Of a stretch of DNA of 64,000 nt, positions 10,782 to 18,870 are shown piece by piece. The notes beneath the pieces are model-generated. The model saw nothing but the letters and a program-made list of their open reading frames with translations, had not been told where the DNA came from and ran no database searches. The DNA comes from Spirochaetota bacterium (GTDB taxonomy: Bacteria > Spirochaetota > Spirochaetia > Treponematales > UBA12059): NCBI GenBank assembly GCA_018262985.1, contig JADFDI010000002.1, positions 266,314-330,313 of the forward strand, read 5' to 3'. The number at the start of each line of letters is the position of its first letter. Position 1 is the stretch's first letter. Both the position numbers and the translations under genes were made by a program.

Positions 10782-11720
10782 TCAAACCTCTATTTCGAGC
10801 CCCTCGCGGGCCAGGATCACCTCGAGGCCGCGCGACGCCAGGCGTTCGACGTACCACTCGGCGGACTTGAAGATGGTCTCGATCTTCCGGTCGTCGTACG
10901 AGGGCTCATGGTGGAAGAGGACGAGGCGGCGGATACCCCAGGCCGAGGCGAAGTCGGCGGCGAGCGAGAAGGACGAGTGTCCCCAGTCCGTCTTCTCCAG
11001 GGCCTCGTCGAGCGTGTACTGGGCGTCGATGATCAGCGCCTCGGCGTTCTCGAAATACGCGGCGTTCGCGTCGTTGCGGAGGAAGTCGCTCCGTTCGAGC
11101 TCGGTGTCCGTCGAGTAGATGACCTTCTTGCCGTCCCGCTCCACCATGTAGGAGTAGCAGCCGCCGGGATGGTTCATGGTACGGTGGCTGACGGTCGCGT
11201 CGCCGACAGCTATCGGCTCGCCCGCGAGCTCGATCCATTCGCGGGGCGCCCTCATGACGTCCATGGTGACGGGAAACCAGGGCGCGCGCATCTGCGCCTC
11301 GACCGTCTCCCGGAAGCCCCGTACGGGACTGTGGTACGCGATCCTCGAAGAGGGATCGAAGGCCGGCGCGAAGAACGGGAGCCCCTGCAAGTGGTCCCAG
11401 TGGAAATGGGAGAAGAAGACGCGGCAATCGACGGGCCGCTTGCGGGCGGCCAGGGCGCGGCCCAGTTCCCGGATGCCGGTGCCCGCGTCGAAGACGATGC
11501 GCAGGTCGTCCCGCAACTCGACCTCGACGCAGGAGGTGTTTCCTCCGACGCTCGAGAAGAGGTAGGGCGGCAGGGAGGCCAGGAAGCGCTCGCGGGCCTC
11601 CTGCGACTCGAGATCGGAGGGTTCGACGCGCTGGAGTATCGAGGAGATCTTTGATCGCAGCCGGGACGGCGTCAGCGGGGTCGGAACCGAGCCCCTAACG
11701 CCCCAAAAGCGTATCCTCAT
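10782..11720 (-). CDS. MBL-fold metallo-hydrolase
   Basis: 312 aa. Starts MRIRFWGVRGSVPTP and carries the HxHxDH motif in FFSHFHWDHLQGLPFF, with later HSSF and HHEP metal-ligand-like positions. Confidence 0.85.
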   Translation of the reverse strand: MRIRFWGVRGSVPTPLTPSRLRSKISSILQRVEPSDLESQEARERFLASLPPYLFSSVGGNTSCVEVELRDDLRIVFDAGTGIRELGRALAARKRPVDCRVFFSHFHWDHLQGLPFFAPAFDPSSRIAYHSPVRGFRETVEAQMRAPWFPVTMDVMRAPREWIELAGEPIAVGDATVSHRTMNHPGGCYSYMVERDGKKVIYSTDTELERSDFLRNDANAAYFENAEALIIDAQYTLDEALEKTDWGHSSFSLAADFASAWGIRRLVLFHHEPSYDDRKIETIFKSAEWYVERLASRGLEVILAREGLEIEV

Positions 11721-12180
11721 CGAGGTCCTCCAGGCCGACGCCGCGCTCGATCATGAGCGGTGGCGACGCGCGCCGCTCGTCGAGGCGGCATTCGATCTCG
11801 GAGCGCGACCGCGTCCGGCCCTTTCCGATGCCCGGACACGAGGCGGATTCGAGGTTCCAGTCCTCGGCCGAGTCGACCACCTGCGCCCAGAACGGGTAGG
11901 TCCTGCACTGGACCGGGCGGTGCCCGTAGACCGTACAGCCGCCTTCGCCCCACAGGATGCAATCATAGCGCTTCGTCTCGCGCAACGAGAGCACGGCGTG
12001 CGAACCCAGGTCGACCACCCTGCAATAGTTCCGGAGAAGCGAGCGGAAATCAAGCGACAGGCCCTCCATGAGGGAGCGAATGTCCTGCGCCGACAGGAAG
12101 ACGTAACCGGGCTCGTGCCTGCAGCAGGCGGAACACCGCTCGCACTCGAACCGAAGGCCGTCAGCGTACCAAGGCCTCAA
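11695..12180 (-). CDS. YkgJ-family cysteine-cluster protein (UPF0153)
   Basis: 161 aa. TTG start with GGAGGT 4 nt upstream. Cys cluster CERCSACCR followed by CILW...GGCTVY...PVQCRTYPFW. Confidence 0.8.
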   Translation of the reverse strand: MRPWYADGLRFECERCSACCRHEPGYVFLSAQDIRSLMEGLSLDFRSLLRNYCRVVDLGSHAVLSLRETKRYDCILWGEGGCTVYGHRPVQCRTYPFWAQVVDSAEDWNLESASCPGIGKGRTRSRSEIECRLDERRASPPLMIERGVGLEDLDEDTLLGR

Positions 12181-12198
12181 TGAAACCTCCGATGACGT

Positions 12199-12225
12199 AA
12201 AAAGCCCCCTCGAACTCGAGGGGGC
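12199..12225 (-). terminator. Rho-independent terminator after tRNA-Tyr
   Basis: Perfect 9-bp stem GCCCCCTCG (12204-12212) / CGAGGGGGC (12217-12225) with a 4-nt loop. On the minus strand it is followed by TTTTT (12203-12199). Confidence 0.6.
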
Positions 12226-12229
12226 CCTT

Positions 12230-12311
12230 TGGGGAGAGAAGGATTTGAACCTTCGAAGGCATAGCCAACAGATTTACAGTCTGCCCCCTTTGACCACTCG
12301 GGAATCTCCCC
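12230..12311 (-). tRNA. tRNA-Tyr (GTA), class II long variable arm
   Basis: The minus strand reads GGGGAGA TT CCCG AGTGGTCAA AGGG G GCAGA CTGTAAA TCTGT TGGCTATGCCTTC GAAGG TTCAAAT CCTTC TCTCCCC A. The cloverleaf folds and no CCA is encoded. Confidence 0.9.
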
Positions 12312-12342
12312 ATTCTCTTTCACTCGTCGCGAGGTCTTTTTC

Positions 12343-12415
12343 AGCCATCTCCCGGAGTTGAACCGGGGACCCCGAGATTACAAGTCACGTGCTCTGCCGA
12401 CTGAGCTAAGATGGC
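12343..12415 (-). tRNA. tRNA-Thr (TGT)
   Basis: The minus strand reads GCCATCT TA GCTC AGTCGGC AGAGC A CGTGA CTTGTAA TCTCG GGGTC CCCGG TTCAACT CCGGG AGATGGC T. There is one U-U mismatch in the anticodon stem and no CCA is encoded. Confidence 0.88.
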
Positions 12416-12468
12416 GTCACCCCGATCGGCGCCGGCTTCGTCGCGAAAGCGGCGCCGTCGACGGAGGC

Positions 12469-12498
12469 AATCTACCAGCAAGGCTGCGGCCTAGTCAA
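12469..12498 (-). promoter_or_regulatory. Candidate sigma70-type promoter for tRNA-Thr/tRNA-Tyr
   Basis: Minus strand reads TTGACT (12498-12493), N18, TAGATT (12474-12469), about 50 nt upstream of the tRNA-Thr 5' end. Confidence 0.4.
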
Positions 12499-12574
12499 TA
12501 GCAATTCCGTCCTTTCTCTCGCCGGTCCCGGCTGCCGCGGAGGGCGTCCGGATCGGAGTCCCGCGCGCCGGCGC

Positions 12575-14665
12575 TCAGCGCAGCGGCGCGAAGAACCCGC
12601 TCTCGTCCCGCCCGGACATCCTGTAGAGGTAGGCCTCCACGGCGAATCCGAGGTAGCTCCGACCGAATCCGTCGTCGGCCCCGCTCAGCCAGGAAACCCG
12701 GTAGCGCCCCCGTCTCGAGGCGCGGAGCTCGTCGGCCAGCGGGGCCGAGCCGGCGCCGTCCCGCGAGGAGCGGACCGTGCCGCCGGTCTCGGCGACCAGG
12801 TACGCGAGCGCCGGATCGGGGGCTTTGCCTCCCAGGATGATCGCGTCGAACCTGATGCCGTTGTTGCGGAGCAAGGCCGCGAGCTCGGAAAGGGCGGTGC
12901 GGCCCAGCGTCGCCTCGTTCACGCCGCCGGAGCCCAGGTATACGATCGAGGGCTTCCCCCCGCCCGTCGCCAGGGTCGAGGCGGCCAACCTCAAGGCGAG
13001 GTCGAAGCGCCACTCGCGCGAGGCGGGAGAGCCCCTCGCCGCCGCGCGCACCAGGTCGGGTCCGTTGCCTTCGTGCGACAGGGTCGGCGTCGCGGCGGCC
13101 TCCACGAGCAGCGCCCGATCGGAGGTTCGCAGGGCCGCCGCGAGCTCGCCGACCGCGGATCGCGCCTCGGCCGCGAAATGCTCGGCCTCGGGCGAACGTT
13201 CCAGCAGGAAGGCCACGTCGAGGGGATCGTCGTCGGATTCCGAGCCGCGCAGCTCGAACTCGGCGACGCTCCGCATCAGTTCCACGCGGTAGGCGACGTC
13301 CTTGTCGCCTTCCCTCCGGATTTCCTCGCTGGTGACGAGCTCGGTCAGGTGGAAATTGCCCGCGGCGAGCCCGACCACCGGATGCCCCGCCGCGTCGCTG
13401 ACCAGGATCTCGGCATCGACGTACGGGAAGCGGCTCGTGTCCACCCTGCCCGCCTCGACCCTCCATCCCGAATAGACCGCGGAAGGCGCGACCAGGATCT
13501 CGAGGAGGGACGCGTCGAAATCCGCTGCGACGAGGTTGCGGTTGGCGTCGAAGGCCGCGGAAAGGAAGCGCGCGCCATCGCGCGGGCTCGAGTGCAGGAC
13601 GGAGCTCGCCAAGGTCGCGGGGTCGAGCGAGACGACGCGGTTTCCGTCCGCGACGACCAGGCGTCCCCCGGCGGCGGAAAGGCCTTCCGGCCGGACGAGC
13701 CCGGCGGGGACGAGGCTTTCGAGGTGGTTCCCCGAGGGATCGAAAACCTCGATGCTGGGTCCGACCCGATCGGCTACGTAGACCAGGCCGTCGAGCACGG
13801 CGATGCCGGTCGGCGCGGCGAGAGCGCCGCCCGAGGGACCGGCCTTGCCGAATTCGAACAGGAACTTTCCGTCCGGACTATATTTGACCGCCCGTCCGTT
13901 GCCGTAGTCGGTGACGTAGAGGTAGCCGTCGCGATCGCGGGCGATGTATTGGGGGCCGGACAGCCGCTCGACGCCGCTCCCCTCCCCGAAAGTGGCGACG
14001 ACGTTGCCCGAGCGGTCGCAGACAGCGAGCCGGTCCGACCCGAACTCGACCAGCACGAAGCCGCCGTCGGGCAAGGGCGCCAGCGAGAACGGCCTGTCGT
14101 AACCGCGGAGCCCCCCCCGCATCCTCGCGACGAGGAGCCCGTTGACGTCGAAGCGCAGGACCTCGTTCGTGCCGAACGCGACCGCGAGGAAGCTTCCGTC
14201 GGCCGCGGGCGCGATCCAGGAAGGCCGGGCGAAGCGCCGGTCCCGTCCGTCCCGGCCCGCGATCGACCCGGCGACGACCATGGCCTGGCCGTCCGCATCG
14301 ACCCCGACGCCCCTTCTCGTCCGGACGTACTCGGCGAAGGACTCGAGGGCGAGCACCGGGCCGCCCGCGGCGAGGGCCTCGTCCCAGGCGGACAGCGCGG
14401 TCGCCTCGTAGCCCTGTCGGAAATAAGCGCGCCCGAGCCAGGAAAGGATGAGGGGATCGTCGGGTTCGGACGCGAGCGCACGTTCGAAGAGGAGGGTCGA
14501 CTCCGCGAGGCGGCCGCGGTGGTAGGCCTGGACGCCCAGACGGAAATCCTCCGAGGCGCGGGCCGAATCGATATCGTGGGCGAACTGGCCGAAGGCGCCG
14601 CGCGCGGAGACGAGCAGGACGAGAGCCAGGACGAGCCTGCGGAATCGCGCGCGTTTTCGCTTCAC
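12575..14665 (-). CDS. Secreted TPR / NHL-repeat (beta-propeller) / vWA-like multidomain protein
   Basis: Track ORF 12575..15184 trimmed to GTG 14665 (GTGA overlap with the upstream TPR gene stop). Signal-like N-terminus KRKRARFRRLVLALVLLVSARGAFG. TPR segment (FRLGVQAYHRGRLAESTLLFERALA). NHL-type blades (YLYVTDYGNGRAVKYSPDGKFLFEFG, LVYVADRVGPSIEVFDPSGNHL). The C-terminal alpha/beta region (PSIVYLGSGGVNE...IRFDAIILGG) resembles a vWA fold. Confidence 0.75.
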   Translation of the reverse strand: MKRKRARFRRLVLALVLLVSARGAFGQFAHDIDSARASEDFRLGVQAYHRGRLAESTLLFERALASEPDDPLILSWLGRAYFRQGYEATALSAWDEALAAGGPVLALESFAEYVRTRRGVGVDADGQAMVVAGSIAGRDGRDRRFARPSWIAPAADGSFLAVAFGTNEVLRFDVNGLLVARMRGGLRGYDRPFSLAPLPDGGFVLVEFGSDRLAVCDRSGNVVATFGEGSGVERLSGPQYIARDRDGYLYVTDYGNGRAVKYSPDGKFLFEFGKAGPSGGALAAPTGIAVLDGLVYVADRVGPSIEVFDPSGNHLESLVPAGLVRPEGLSAAGGRLVVADGNRVVSLDPATLASSVLHSSPRDGARFLSAAFDANRNLVAADFDASLLEILVAPSAVYSGWRVEAGRVDTSRFPYVDAEILVSDAAGHPVVGLAAGNFHLTELVTSEEIRREGDKDVAYRVELMRSVAEFELRGSESDDDPLDVAFLLERSPEAEHFAAEARSAVGELAAALRTSDRALLVEAAATPTLSHEGNGPDLVRAAARGSPASREWRFDLALRLAASTLATGGGKPSIVYLGSGGVNEATLGRTALSELAALLRNNGIRFDAIILGGKAPDPALAYLVAETGGTVRSSRDGAGSAPLADELRASRRGRYRVSWLSGADDGFGRSYLGFAVEAYLYRMSGRDESGFFAPLR

Positions 14666-15333
14666 TTGTTCCCTTCCTTGAGCGCCGCGAGGTGGCCCGC
14701 GATTTCTTCGTTGTCCGGATCCAGCTCCGCGGCGCGGGCCAGATGTATTGAAGCTTCCCTGGACATGCCAAGGACGTGGTAGGTCCACCCGAGGCTGTCG
14801 AGGTAAGCCGGCCGTTCGGGCGCCAGGTCGACCGCCTTGCGGCAGCAGGTCAGCGCGCGCGGCAGGTCGCGACCGGCGCTCGCGAGCACGTAGCCGAGGC
14901 CGTTCAGGGCGTTCGGATTCTCCGGGTCGAGACGAAGGGCCTCCTCGTAGCTGTCCGCGGCCTCGTCGAGCTTGCCTTGCGCGAAGGCGGCGAATCCGAG
15001 CGTGGCCCACATGGCGACCGACTCGTCGCCGGCCTCGCGAAGGCGTCCCAGCTCGTATTCGGCCAGCCTCGTGCGTCCCGTCTCGGCGTAGACCCAGGCG
15101 AGCGCCAGGCGGCACTGGTTCACCCGCGTCCGATCGTCGTCCTGGGTCACTACCTGCTCGAGGTAGAGGAGCGCCTCGTCCCAATGGCAGAGCCGCGCGT
15201 GGCAGAGACCGATCAGATAGGCCGCGCTTACCTGGTTATCGCCCGAGGTCTCGGCGCGGGTGAGGGTCTCGAGGGCGCGTTCCCAATCGCCGGAACGGTA
15301 GGCGCCGAGCGCCTCGCTGAGTTCGCCGCTCAT
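14662..15333 (-). CDS. TPR-repeat protein
   Basis: 223 aa made of consecutive 34-residue TPR-like units (AYLIGLCHARLCHWDEALLYLEQV, WATLGFAAFAQGKLDEAADSYEEALRLDPENPNALNGLGYV...). It is translationally coupled to the downstream NHL/vWA gene. Confidence 0.8.
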   Translation of the reverse strand: MSGELSEALGAYRSGDWERALETLTRAETSGDNQVSAAYLIGLCHARLCHWDEALLYLEQVVTQDDDRTRVNQCRLALAWVYAETGRTRLAEYELGRLREAGDESVAMWATLGFAAFAQGKLDEAADSYEEALRLDPENPNALNGLGYVLASAGRDLPRALTCCRKAVDLAPERPAYLDSLGWTYHVLGMSREASIHLARAAELDPDNEEIAGHLAALKEGNK

Positions 15334-15337
15334 CGCC

Positions 15338-16075
15338 CTACCCCAGCGCCGATCCGGCCCGGAATCCGCCGGGCACCGATGGATACACGAGCACGCGCGT
15401 CACCGCCGCCTTGCCGGCGCGGATCGCGGCCTCGTCTCCTTCGTCCCACGGGTCGGTCTCCACCCTGCCGTCGGCCAGGAAGCAATAGGTAAAGCCGTCG
15501 GGAGCGTCGAAGGACCTGAGCTTGTCGCGGTAGCGGCGCCGGCTCGGCAGGGCGGTCACGCCCTCGGGCAACGCGTCGGCGGGCAGGAGCGGGACGTTCA
15601 CGTTGACGAAGACCTCGGGATCCCAAAGGGCGAGCAGCGCTTCGAGGCGCTCGGCGACGAATCGGGCGGCGGGCGCGTACTCGAAGGGAGGCTCGTAGGT
15701 GGCGAGGGAGACCGCGATGCCCGGCAGGCCGTGCATGGACGCCTGTCGGGCCGCGGCCGCGGTGCCGGAGTAGATCAGGTCGGTGCCGAGGTTCGGCCCC
15801 CTGTTGATGCCGGAGACCACCGCGTCGGGCTTGAAGGGAATGGCGCCGAGGCCCGCGAGGATGACGCAGTCGGCCGGAGTCCCCGAGCAGCTGTACTCGA
15901 GCTCGGCCCGCTTCCTTACCTTACCGGGCGTACGGAGCGACATGGCGTGGCTCATTCCGGAGCGCTCGGAGTCAGGCGCGAAGATGCAGACCTCGTGGTC
16001 CCGCGCGAGGGCGTCCGCGAGGATCCGTATGCCTTCGCTCTGGTATCCGTCGTCGTTGGTCAGGAGCAGTTTCAT
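15338..16075 (-). CDS. surE: 5'/3'-nucleotidase SurE
   Basis: 245 aa. MKLLLTNDDGYQSEGIRILADAL...SGMSHAMSL...GTPADCV...SGINRGPNLGTDLIYSGTAAAAR matches the SurE family signature. Confidence 0.93.
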   Translation of the reverse strand: MKLLLTNDDGYQSEGIRILADALARDHEVCIFAPDSERSGMSHAMSLRTPGKVRKRAELEYSCSGTPADCVILAGLGAIPFKPDAVVSGINRGPNLGTDLIYSGTAAAARQASMHGLPGIAVSLATYEPPFEYAPAARFVAERLEALLALWDPEVFVNVNVPLLPADALPEGVTALPSRRRYRDKLRSFDAPDGFTYCFLADGRVETDPWDEGDEAAIRAGKAAVTRVLVYPSVPGGFRAGSALG

Positions 16076-16163
16076 TCTCGGGATGCCTCCGTCGACGCCC
16101 GTTCCGGCGCGCGATGCATACTAGCCTCGAGGACGGCGCGGGGCAAGCGCGGGCGGAATGTCC

Positions 16164-17309
16164 TCAGGCGAGCCTGATGCCGCCGTCCAGGGCCGCCTCC
16201 CAGGCGACGGCCCGGAAGCCGAAGATGCGCTCGTACTCCTCGAGCCGGGCGCGGTACTCGTCCACGGCGGACGATCGCATCGCCGTCAGCGTGCAACCGC
16301 CGAAGCCCCGCCCGGTCAGGCGCGACCAGTGCACGCCCTCGATCTCGAGGGCCCGCTTGGCCAGCCAGTCGACCTCGGGGCAGGATATCTCGAACAGGTT
16401 GCGCAAGCCCGCCTGGCTCTTGTTGACGAGCCGCGAGAAAGCGGCGAGGTCGACGCGCGCGAGCGCGTCCTCCGCCTCGGACACGCGCTGCATTTCCTCC
16501 ATGATATGCAGGCAGCGCCTGCGGACGCTCTCCTGGAGCACGCCCATCAGCTCCTCCAGGTCGTCGAGGCCGAAATCGCGGAGGGTCTTGCCCCCGCGGC
16601 GCGAGCCGAGGGCGGCGAGGCATTTCCGGCAATCGTCCGCGCGCTGCTCCATCTCCGCGTCGATGACGGGACGGGGCACGCGGCTGTCCGTCAGCACGAG
16701 GCCGGCGTCCTCGAAGGCGTAGGGAACGAGCCTCCTGGCGCCCGAACGCGCGTCGAGGGCGAGCAACATTCCCGGCCGGGATAGCGCGGGCACCAGGTGC
16801 TCGGAGGCGGGAACCTGCCGCCCCATGAAGATGGTCTCGGCCTCGCGGGCGAGCTCCGCGATTCCGAGGTCGCCGAGCCCCAGGCCGTAGAGCGCGTCGA
16901 AAGCCGCGGCGCTGGCCACGGAAAGGGCCGCCGAGGAGCCGAGCCCGATGCCCTGGGGAATGTCGGAGGAAACGGTGAAGTTGAAGCCCCTGGTCGCGAG
17001 CCCGCGTTCGGCGAGCGTGGCGCAGACCCCCTTGGGGAAATTGGCCCAGCGATCCTCCCGCTTGAACTTGAGGTTCGCCAGGGTCGTGCGCTTCCGCTCG
17101 CCGAGGTCGAGCGCGTGGAAGCGGAGCGCGGCGTCCCGCCGGAACGACACCGCGACGGCCAGCCGCATGCCGAACGAGGCCGAGAGGACCAAGCCTTCGG
17201 AATCCTCGGTGTGTTCGCCAAGTATCCGTACGCTGGCGGGTACGGTCACGACCACGTCGGGAGGCGTGTCGTACTCGGCCTGGTGCAGTGCGGCGACGTC
17301 TTTCATCAT
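16164..17309 (-). CDS. galK: Galactokinase-like GHMP kinase
   Basis: 381 aa. GalK-type N-terminal motif SVRILGEHTEDSEGLVL and GHMP ATP motif SSDIPQGIGLGSSAALSVASAAA. The sugar specificity is not proven. Confidence 0.8.
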   Translation of the reverse strand: MMKDVAALHQAEYDTPPDVVVTVPASVRILGEHTEDSEGLVLSASFGMRLAVAVSFRRDAALRFHALDLGERKRTTLANLKFKREDRWANFPKGVCATLAERGLATRGFNFTVSSDIPQGIGLGSSAALSVASAAAFDALYGLGLGDLGIAELAREAETIFMGRQVPASEHLVPALSRPGMLLALDARSGARRLVPYAFEDAGLVLTDSRVPRPVIDAEMEQRADDCRKCLAALGSRRGGKTLRDFGLDDLEELMGVLQESVRRRCLHIMEEMQRVSEAEDALARVDLAAFSRLVNKSQAGLRNLFEISCPEVDWLAKRALEIEGVHWSRLTGRGFGGCTLTAMRSSAVDEYRARLEEYERIFGFRAVAWEAALDGGIRLA

Positions 17310-17454
17310 CCAGCCTTGCTGCGCCGCCCGGTCCGGGCGACGGATCGAGACGTTGCCGCCTCGCGCATCCTTGCGGTTTTGCAGCGATGATAAACCATGA
17401 AGCGCGAATCTTCAAACGAAAACGCTCGGTCACGGCCGGGGCGGTCGACGGGTT

Positions 17455-17483
17455 TTGACAGCCGGGACCCGCGGGAGTACAAT
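17455..17483 (+). promoter_or_regulatory. Near-consensus sigma70-type promoter abutting the ATG (leaderless geometry)
   Basis: TTGACA (17455-17460), N17, TACAAT (17478-17483), then 6 nt (TCCGCC) and ATG 17490. There is no SD. Confidence 0.5.
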
Positions 17484-17489
17484 TCCGCC

Positions 17490-18059
17490 ATGTCATCCTC
17501 CTCCTTCGGCCGTCGGCTGCTCGCCCTGGCCGCCGCCCCGCTCCTGTTCCTCTCCGCTTGTCCGGGCGGACCCGAGCCGGTTCCCGAAGCCCGGGGCGGC
17601 TTCGACGCCGCCCCCGGGGCCGAAGCTCCGCCCTCCGCGCCCGAGCCCGAGCCCTTCGACGCGGCCTCCGTGTCCGAGGAACTCAGGCAGGACGCCCTCC
17701 TGAGGGTCAGGATCCTGGTCGAGGAGCTAAACGACATCATCCGCCGCAAGGATTACGAGGCCTGGCTGACCCGGCTGAGCGACGAATACATCGCCCACTT
17801 CTCCGCTCCCTCGGTCCTCGAGGAGCTCTCGAAAGCCAAGACCTTGCAGCGCCAAGGAATCACCTTGACCAGGCTCCTCGACTACTTCCTGTACGTGGTC
17901 TATCCTTCAAGGCAGTACGACCGCGTCGACGACATCGAGTTCGTGGCGGCCGACCGCGTGAAGGCGATCACCGTCACCCCCAAGGGCGAACGGCTCGTCC
18001 TCTACGAGCTTGCAAAATACGGCGACACGTGGAAAATTAGTATCGGGAGGCAACCATGA
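17490..18059 (+). CDS. Probable lipoprotein, function unknown
   Basis: Track ORF 17397..18059 trimmed to ATG 17490. The product starts MSSSSFGRRLLALAAAPLLFLSAC (signal peptide plus lipobox L-S-A-C) followed by a Pro/Ala-rich linker. ATGA overlap with the next gene. Confidence 0.7.
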   Translation: MSSSSFGRRLLALAAAPLLFLSACPGGPEPVPEARGGFDAAPGAEAPPSAPEPEPFDAASVSEELRQDALLRVRILVEELNDIIRRKDYEAWLTRLSDEYIAHFSAPSVLEELSKAKTLQRQGITLTRLLDYFLYVVYPSRQYDRVDDIEFVAADRVKAITVTPKGERLVLYELAKYGDTWKISIGRQP

Positions 18060-18763
18060 AGTCCAGTCTCTCCGCGCTCCTCGTCCTCGCGCTTTGCGCG
18101 ACCCTCGCCCTGCCCGTCCTTGCCCAGGCCACGGGCGAGAAGACCGTCGAGGAGGCCTATCTCCAGGAGACCCTGGAGACCCTCATCATCCGCGAGCAGG
18201 CCCACGCCGACGGCCGGGACATGAAGCTCGTGGCCCTCCAGTACATCGAGCAGGCCATCTCCGAAGGACGAAAGGGCGAAGAGATAAGGCTCGCCCTCGA
18301 GTACCTGGCGCTCGAGACCACCCAGGTTTCCATACGCGAGGCCGGCTACGGGCGCGTCATCAACGACTACCCCGACGTCCGCGCCAAGGCCTGCGAGTTG
18401 CTCGCCGAATTCCCGAGCGTGGAGACCAAGGACGCCCTCCTCAAGGTGGCGCTGGCGGACCGCGAGACCATGGTCATCTCCGCCGCCATCCGCTCGCTCG
18501 GCAAGATCGGCATCAACGAGGCCGACGAGGTCACGACGGCGATCTCCTTCATCGTCAACAAGTACGACCTCCTGCTGCCGGACAACAGCCTCGCCTTCGA
18601 AGCCCTGGTCGCCCTCGAGCTGCTGCACGACGAGACCGGCGCCCTCAAGGACGCCGCCGCCATCCGCATGATAATGCGCATCGCCGACGGGAACTACATC
18701 AAGCCGGTGAAGGACAAGGCCCGCGCGCTGCTCGACAAGCTCCGCAAGAGCTCGGGCAAGTAG
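18056..18763 (+). CDS. Secreted HEAT/armadillo-like repeat protein
   Basis: 235 aa. Signal peptide MKSSLSALLVLALCATLALPVLAQA. Repeated helical hairpins typical of HEAT repeats (VRAKACELLAEFPSVETKDALLKVALADRETMVISAAIRSLGKIG). Confidence 0.7.
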   Translation: MKSSLSALLVLALCATLALPVLAQATGEKTVEEAYLQETLETLIIREQAHADGRDMKLVALQYIEQAISEGRKGEEIRLALEYLALETTQVSIREAGYGRVINDYPDVRAKACELLAEFPSVETKDALLKVALADRETMVISAAIRSLGKIGINEADEVTTAISFIVNKYDLLLPDNSLAFEALVALELLHDETGALKDAAAIRMIMRIADGNYIKPVKDKARALLDKLRKSSGK

Positions 18764-18805
18764 TTCCGGCCGTCGCGCGCCGACCCCGGCGCGACGTATT
18801 CAAGG

Positions 18806-18849
18806 AAAAAGCCGGTCGGAGGCCTCGAGGCTTCCGACCGGCTCTTCGC
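18806..18849. terminator. Bidirectional hairpin terminator between convergent genes
   Basis: AGCCGGTCGGA (18810-18820) pairs with TCCGACCGGCT (18833-18843) and the stem is extended by the internal palindrome GCCTCGAGGC. An A5 run (18806-18810) precedes the hairpin, which gives T5 after it on the minus strand. CTTCGCTTT follows it on the plus strand. Confidence 0.5.
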
Positions 18850-18870
18850 TTTCCCGGATCCCCGGTCCGC

